Origin: a virus
DNA length: 64,000 bases
Direction: 5' to 3' (one strand)
Virus record (IMG/VR): IMGVR_UViG_3300009183_000059
Span: 30,141 to 94,140 of that record
Shown here in pieces: positions 60,020 to 64,000 of this stretch. The notes under the pieces were generated by a model. The model did not search any database and was not told the DNA's origin. It worked only from the letters and a program-made list of their open reading frames with translations. The position numbers were made by a program, and so were the translations under genes. The stretch's first letter is position 1. Each line of letters begins with the position of its first letter.

Positions 60020-60093
60020 GCGAGTGTTACATAATGGTAGTGTCTCTGCCTTCCAAGCAGATAGTGCCAGTTCGATTCTGGTCACTCGCTCCA
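60020..60093 (+). tRNA. tRNA-Gly(TCC), CCA encoded
   Basis: GCGAGTG/CACTCGC acceptor, TCTGC-CTTCCAA-GCAGA anticodon arm, TCCA end. Confidence 0.9.
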
Positions 60094-60099
60094 ATATAG

Positions 60100-60172
60100 G
60101 CCCTTATAGCCCAGCGGTAGAGGCACACGACTTAAAATCGTGACAGCGTTGGTTCGAATACAACTAGGGGTA
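60100..60172 (+). tRNA. tRNA-Leu(TAA), atypical (short variable loop)
   Basis: CACGA-CTTAAAA-TCGTG anticodon arm, 5-nt variable loop, and a G-A mismatch closing the T-loop. Confidence 0.75.
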
Positions 60173-60193
60173 CTATTCTGGTATAATCGTTGT

Positions 60194-60580
60194 ATGAGCA
60201 TGTACACATATTATACAAAGATTGACAAGGTAGTCGACGGTGATACAGTAGACGTATTTATTGATCTAGGATTCAGCGTATGGCATAAGGAAAGAATTAG
60301 ACTTTCTGGAATCGATACAGCAGAAAAAAACACCCCACTTGGGAAGGCATTAAAGGCTTATATGATTTCTTTGCTAGAAGGAAAGACAGTTAAGCTTGAA
60401 GTAACTAAGCCAGATAAGTACGGAAGATACCTAGGAAAGATTTATCTTAACTCGGAAGAAAGCATTAACGACCAATTAATTAAAGTTGGTCTCGCTAAAG
60501 GCTACGGCGGAGATTCAAAAGTTGGTCTCTGGACAGAAGAAGAATTAGCTAAAACTGAAATAACCGCAACACTAAAGTAA
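60194..60580 (+). CDS. Thermonuclease (SNase-like)
   Basis: KVVDGDT, RIRLSGIDT.E and DKYGRYLG motifs. Leaderless ATG 6 nt after TGGTATAAT. Confidence 0.9.
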   Translation: MSMYTYYTKIDKVVDGDTVDVFIDLGFSVWHKERIRLSGIDTAEKNTPLGKALKAYMISLLEGKTVKLEVTKPDKYGRYLGKIYLNSEESINDQLIKVGLAKGYGGDSKVGLWTEEELAKTEITATLK

Positions 60581-60588
60581 GGGACAAT

Positions 60589-60759
60589 ATGTCAGAAGAT
60601 ACATACATTGACAAGCTAGAGCCGCATGTTGATAAAGAGCCAGATCTAAAAAAGAAGTCCGTTTGGGAAGGTGTTTTTAATCCAGCAAGCCCAAACAGCA
60701 CAGAGGAAATCTTAGAAGAAATTCTTATAGAGACCCTTGACGAAAAGCTATCAGACTGA
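60589..60759 (+). CDS. 56-aa acidic protein with KKSVWEGVF motif (not in ORF track)
   Basis: AAGGGA SD; MSEDTYIDKLEPHVDKEPDLKKKSVWEGVFNP... Confidence 0.6.
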   Translation: MSEDTYIDKLEPHVDKEPDLKKKSVWEGVFNPASPNSTEEILEEILIETLDEKLSD

Positions 60760-60765
60760 TAGAAT
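60737..60765 (+). promoter_or_regulatory. Sigma70 promoter
   Basis: TTGACG-17 nt-TAGAAT with an extended TG. Confidence 0.7.
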
Positions 60766-60790
60766 TAAATATACTAACTGAAAGAAGAAA

Positions 60791-61012
60791 ATGGCTAAAT
60801 TGAATTACGAGGCAGCTCATAAAGTTGTCGACGCAAACTATAATCTATATTGGGACGGATGGGACATCTGTTCTTGGCGTAGAGACCATAAGGGTTTTTT
60901 TAATAAACAAGGAATTTTTAGGAATGGTAACTGGGGAATTGTAGAGTGCTTCAAGATGGAAGATGATGGCACGTGGAAGGTCCCAGATAAATATGTCAAA
61001 TATATTAAATGA
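60791..61012 (+). CDS. Hypothetical Trp-rich protein
   Basis: L.WDGWDI...G.F.NG.WG. Confidence 0.65.
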   Translation: MAKLNYEAAHKVVDANYNLYWDGWDICSWRRDHKGFFNKQGIFRNGNWGIVECFKMEDDGTWKVPDKYVKYIK

Positions 61013-61307
61013 TTTAGGCGTAGATGTAGAAGATTTAAATTGGACAGACTTAGCAGCATGTTCAGGTATGCCAGCGGAATTCTTTTTTGATACATACGAA
61101 GTTGATCAAACTTTAGCTAAAAACATTGATGAAATGTGTTTAGTTTGCCCAGTAGCAAAGCAGTGCCTTGCCGCTGGAGTAGAGGGAGATGAATACGGTG
61201 TATGGGGCGGAGTCTATTTAACTTTAGGTGACGTAGATAAAACTAGGAACTCTCACAAAACTCCAGAAGTCTGGAAAAGATGGAAGAGTAAGCATGGACA
61301 AAGGTAG
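60993..61307 (+). CDS. whiB: WhiB-family Fe-S transcription factor
   Basis: W...AAC...FF...C..CPV...C......E.GVWGG. Confidence 0.92.
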   Translation: MSNILNDLGVDVEDLNWTDLAACSGMPAEFFFDTYEVDQTLAKNIDEMCLVCPVAKQCLAAGVEGDEYGVWGGVYLTLGDVDKTRNSHKTPEVWKRWKSKHGQR

Positions 61308-61566
61308 AGTTATATACAACAGGGAAATGGCTAAAGCTGTAAGACAGGTAAAGCCACCCTTTTCAGGAATTGTAATCGATATAGCGGAATATCCAGAATT
61401 TTTAACTATAAGAATGTATGAAGATAATATAATGTCTTTTGATATTAATCAAAGGGTTACTATAACTGATTACATAACTTTAGTTAGAAAAGTGATCGAA
61501 TCATATGGTGTAAGATGCGAGTTCGAAGGAGTCCCAGGCGATGGCAGAACAAAGGTACAACGATAG
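61294..61566 (+). CDS. Hypothetical protein
   Basis: Coupled ORF after whiB. Confidence 0.6.
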   Translation: MDKGRVIYNREMAKAVRQVKPPFSGIVIDIAEYPEFLTIRMYEDNIMSFDINQRVTITDYITLVRKVIESYGVRCEFEGVPGDGRTKVQR

Positions 61567-61765
61567 AATACAGATAGTATGGCTCCATGAAGAACAATGT
61601 CATGGATCTATCGTTAAAGAAGGTGCATATGCATCTCTAGTTCGATACCAGCAAGACGGTATAGACTTTGAGGTGTTTGTTGACAACGGAGATTTCTCTA
61701 TTGTGGATGAAATAGGCTTTGAGCATATTGAGGAGTATGATGACGGATCAGATACTTTGCTATAG
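61541..61765 (+). CDS. Hypothetical protein
   Basis: Coupled ORF. Confidence 0.6.
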   Translation: MAEQRYNDRIQIVWLHEEQCHGSIVKEGAYASLVRYQQDGIDFEVFVDNGDFSIVDEIGFEHIEEYDDGSDTLL

Positions 61766-61982
61766 TTGTAGCAAATCAAGATTTAAGATAAGCGTTAAGA
61801 AATCAACACTTATTAAAGGAATAAATTTGCTACTATGTGACCAATGCATATCTTCTGGATATGAGCCAAGATGGGCTATCATTCTGGCTGGAAGACAATA
61901 TGGATCGGAACTTGTAAAAGAATACGTACTTAATCATAAATACTATGGTGAAGAGATAAGTGCAACGGAGCTTCTCGTATGA
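61737..61982 (+). CDS. Zinc-finger hypothetical protein
   Basis: CYSC...CDQC....EPRW.IILAGR. Confidence 0.65.
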   Translation: MMTDQILCYSCSKSRFKISVKKSTLIKGINLLLCDQCISSGYEPRWAIILAGRQYGSELVKEYVLNHKYYGEEISATELLV

Positions 61983-62203
61983 AAAAATCAGAAAAAATTG
62001 GATATATTTTAGGAATACTAATAGGACTATCATTCTGGATTTATTTAATATATTATGTAGCATCTGAATTGTTTAATAGAATTATCAATGATTCTGGAGA
62101 TCCATACCCAGTGTTGACACTATTGATTGGAATTGCTATACTTATAAGACAGACTTCTTTAACTAAGAAATTCAAAGCTATTCAAGAATGGATAAATAAA
62201 TGA
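61979..62203 (+). CDS. Two-TM membrane protein
   Basis: Two hydrophobic segments. Confidence 0.6.
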   Translation: MKKSEKIGYILGILIGLSFWIYLIYYVASELFNRIINDSGDPYPVLTLLIGIAILIRQTSLTKKFKAIQEWINK

Positions 62204-62754
62204 CAGTTATTTGTGCCGTTGTAAATGAGAATGGCTCGTATATTGCTGGTGACCGTGGTGCATCCGATGACAATATCATCTTGCCCTTGGCTCACCCAAA
62301 GGTTTGGCAGATAGGTCCATATCTTTTTGGATACTACGGAAGTATGGACGGCGAAAAAGTTATGTATAACTTTGAACCACCACTACCTACAGCAGCACAA
62401 AAAAAGAATATAGACAAGTTTATGGGTAACGATTTTACTAAAGCCCTAAAAGAATTCTATGACGAGCATTTCGTATTTACTGCAGAAAAAGAATGCGACT
62501 TTGGAATGATTATCATTACAGAAGGCAAGATGTACGAGCATGATGCTGGAACTATGTCAATGACAAGATTTGAAACAGATTTCCTTTCAGTTGGAAGCGG
62601 ATCAGAGTATGCTTATGGGTCACTATATAGCACACAGGTCTGGAGTGACGGAAAGAAAAGAGTAAGAATTGCAATTGAAGCTGCTACAAAATATAGCCCT
62701 TCATGCATGCAGCCAATAGATGTAATATCGATACTAAGAAAAGAGATAAAATAA
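62200..62754 (+). CDS. Ntn-hydrolase, proteasome-beta/HslV-like protease
   Basis: N-terminal M-T-V-I, IAGD and K33-like PKV, plus SVGSG..YA.G.L and A..AA..Y.P motifs. Confidence 0.8.
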   Translation: MTVICAVVNENGSYIAGDRGASDDNIILPLAHPKVWQIGPYLFGYYGSMDGEKVMYNFEPPLPTAAQKKNIDKFMGNDFTKALKEFYDEHFVFTAEKECDFGMIIITEGKMYEHDAGTMSMTRFETDFLSVGSGSEYAYGSLYSTQVWSDGKKRVRIAIEAATKYSPSCMQPIDVISILRKEIK

Positions 62755-62963
62755 TGAATGACTTTACACTTCAAGATTTAGAGAAGATGATTTCTGATAT
62801 TTCAGGAGAATTCTATGCGGAATTCTATTCTCATCAAAACCCAGACTGGGATCAAGAATTTATTACCGTCCATAGACAGTTTGCTGAGACATACGTAGTA
62901 TTTACTGTTAATAGACTTATTCAAAGATTCAACGAAATGATGGCCCCTAATGCCACAGAATGA
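62754..62963 (+). CDS. Hypothetical protein
   Basis: TAATG-coupled ORF. Confidence 0.55.
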   Translation: MNDFTLQDLEKMISDISGEFYAEFYSHQNPDWDQEFITVHRQFAETYVVFTVNRLIQRFNEMMAPNATE

Positions 62964-63240
62964 TTTTGAAACAGACGTAAAGAAGATTTTTGACGAGGCC
63001 TACGTTCTCTTGATACGAAAGCACAAGGATTACGGCCCAAAAAATATTTCATCTGCTCCAGGCGGAGCTCTTAATGGTCTAATTGTGCGAAAGCATGATA
63101 AGTTTGAGAGAATTAAAAACCTATTTTTTAATAAGAAAGACAGCAAGCCACAGTTTGAGACACTTAGAGAGTCATTTATTGATGATCTAAACTATAGCGC
63201 AATTGCCATGATGGTAATTGACGGCAAGTGGCCAGAGTAG
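62950..63240 (+). CDS. Nucleotide-modification-associated domain 1 (DUF1599-like) protein
   Basis: K..DYG..NI...G...R..DK..R..NL.....E...ES..D..NY motif. Confidence 0.8.
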   Translation: MPQNDFETDVKKIFDEAYVLLIRKHKDYGPKNISSAPGGALNGLIVRKHDKFERIKNLFFNKKDSKPQFETLRESFIDDLNYSAIAMMVIDGKWPE

Positions 63241-63242
63241 AT

Positions 63243-63271
63243 TTGACGGATAGTGCTATTTTTGGTACTAT
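63243..63271 (+). promoter_or_regulatory. Sigma70 promoter
   Basis: TTGACG-17 nt-TACTAT with an extended TG. Confidence 0.7.
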
Positions 63272-63335
63272 TGTTAGATGTGTGAGAGACACACATAAAT
63301 AAACCAAATCATATGAAGAGGAATAAAAAACAAAC

Positions 63336-64000
63336 ATGAAGAAACTATCAATTATCACGGCAGTGCTTGTGGCAATGACTACTTTAGTAGCAGCCCCAGC
63401 AGCCAATGCTAATGCTGGAACTGTTACCCTTACGGTAGCTGGATCAGCAGCAACAGGTGGAACAGTAGTAGGAACTCCTGTATCACTACCAGTACCAGCA
63501 GATAACAGCATTGATGCAGCAGATGCATTAAAGATTGCTGTAACATCAGTTGACACTGGAACAGTAGTAACAGCAGTTGCAACTAATGCAACAATTGTTT
63601 CTGCTCTTGCAACATCAGCAGCACCAGTAACTGCATCAAGCGGTTCATCAACACTTTCAGTTTCAACAGGAACTGGAAACTCAGCAGACTTTTATGTATA
63701 TACAAAGAGCACATCAGTAGGAACAGTTGCGATTACTCGTGCTGGAACTACAACAGTGTACTATGTACAAGGTACAGCAGGAGCACTGAACTCAATTGCA
63801 ATCACCGCACCAGCAACTGGAGCAGCGGGAACAGTTGCAACTCTTAAGGTAACAGGATACGACGTATTCGGTAACCCAAAGGGTGGAGCAACAATTAATA
63901 CTTTAGTAAGCTCAAATGGTGCAGCAACTGCAACAGCGCTTACAACAGATACAGCAGTAGCAACACTTGGAACTAAGGAGCAGACAGTTACACTTCCTGC
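63336..64000 (+). CDS. Secreted Ala/Thr-rich surface protein with Ig-like domains (3' partial; not in ORF track)
   Basis: Signal peptide MKKLSIITAVLVAMTTLVAAPAANA and a DVFGN motif; the frame is open to the window end. Confidence 0.75.
   Translation, partial: MKKLSIITAVLVAMTTLVAAPAANANAGTVTLTVAGSAATGGTVVGTPVSLPVPADNSIDAADALKIAVTSVDTGTVVTAVATNATIVSALATSAAPVTASSGSSTLSVSTGTGNSADFYVYTKSTSVGTVAITRAGTTTVYYVQGTAGALNSIAITAPATGAAGTVATLKVTGYDVFGNPKGGATINTLVSSNGAATATALTTDTAVATLGTKEQTVTLP

Noticed and set aside
57375-60172. tRNAs as a prophage attachment site
   Set aside because: No integrase, duplicated tRNA 3' end or switch to host-like gene content is seen in the window.
59781-60193. ORF 59781..59987 and the N-terminal extension of 60140..60580
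   Set aside because: Both overlap tRNA genes. The nuclease more plausibly starts at the ATG at 60194.
446-63556. Minus-strand ORFs in the track (e.g. 47152..47862, 48559..49233, 63176..63556)
   Set aside because: They lie antisense to well-supported + strand genes or tRNAs and lack SDs or recognisable motifs, so they are shadow ORFs.
1-64000. Stop-codon reassignment
   Set aside because: Genes are intact in the standard code; TAA, TAG and TGA all end genes, and no suppressor tRNA is seen.

Overview
A 64-kb segment of a large, AT-rich tailed dsDNA phage of long-tail (siphovirus-type) architecture. Essentially all genes are on the + strand and use the standard genetic code. The host is very probably a low-GC actinobacterium such as the freshwater acI lineage; this is inferred from WhiB, an MSMEG_6728-type glycosylase, apparently leaderless genes and a DnaE/RecA/Cas4 replication block. 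Layout: 1-12.2 kb, duplicated fibre/adhesin/chaperone cassettes and LamG proteins; 12.3-21.5 kb, portal, protease-scaffold, major capsid, neck, tail tube and a frameshifted tail chaperone; 21.5-39.6 kb, tape measure, tail-tip proteins and a Cys-rich adhesin; 39.6-54.7 kb, phosphoesterase, holin-like protein, helicase, primase, SSB, DnaE, MazG, RecA, Cas4-like and RuvC-like nucleases and an FkbM methyltransferase; 54.8-57.1 kb, terminase; 57.1-64 kb, five tRNAs and accessory genes (WhiB, an Ntn/HslV-like protease, Nmad1, and a secreted surface protein cut by the window edge). Best leads: (i) a K-S/x-x-W-x-G-x-F motif shared by the scaffold C-terminus and two unrelated small proteins, possibly a capsid cargo-loading signal; (ii) a strongly strand-polarised (G)GCGGA motif; (iii) a thrombospondin-like 18-Cys adhesin tip followed by a leaderless CxxC operon; (iv) a nested scaffold start; (v) a candidate structured ncRNA in the tRNA region. 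All product calls come from motif recognition by eye, not database searches.
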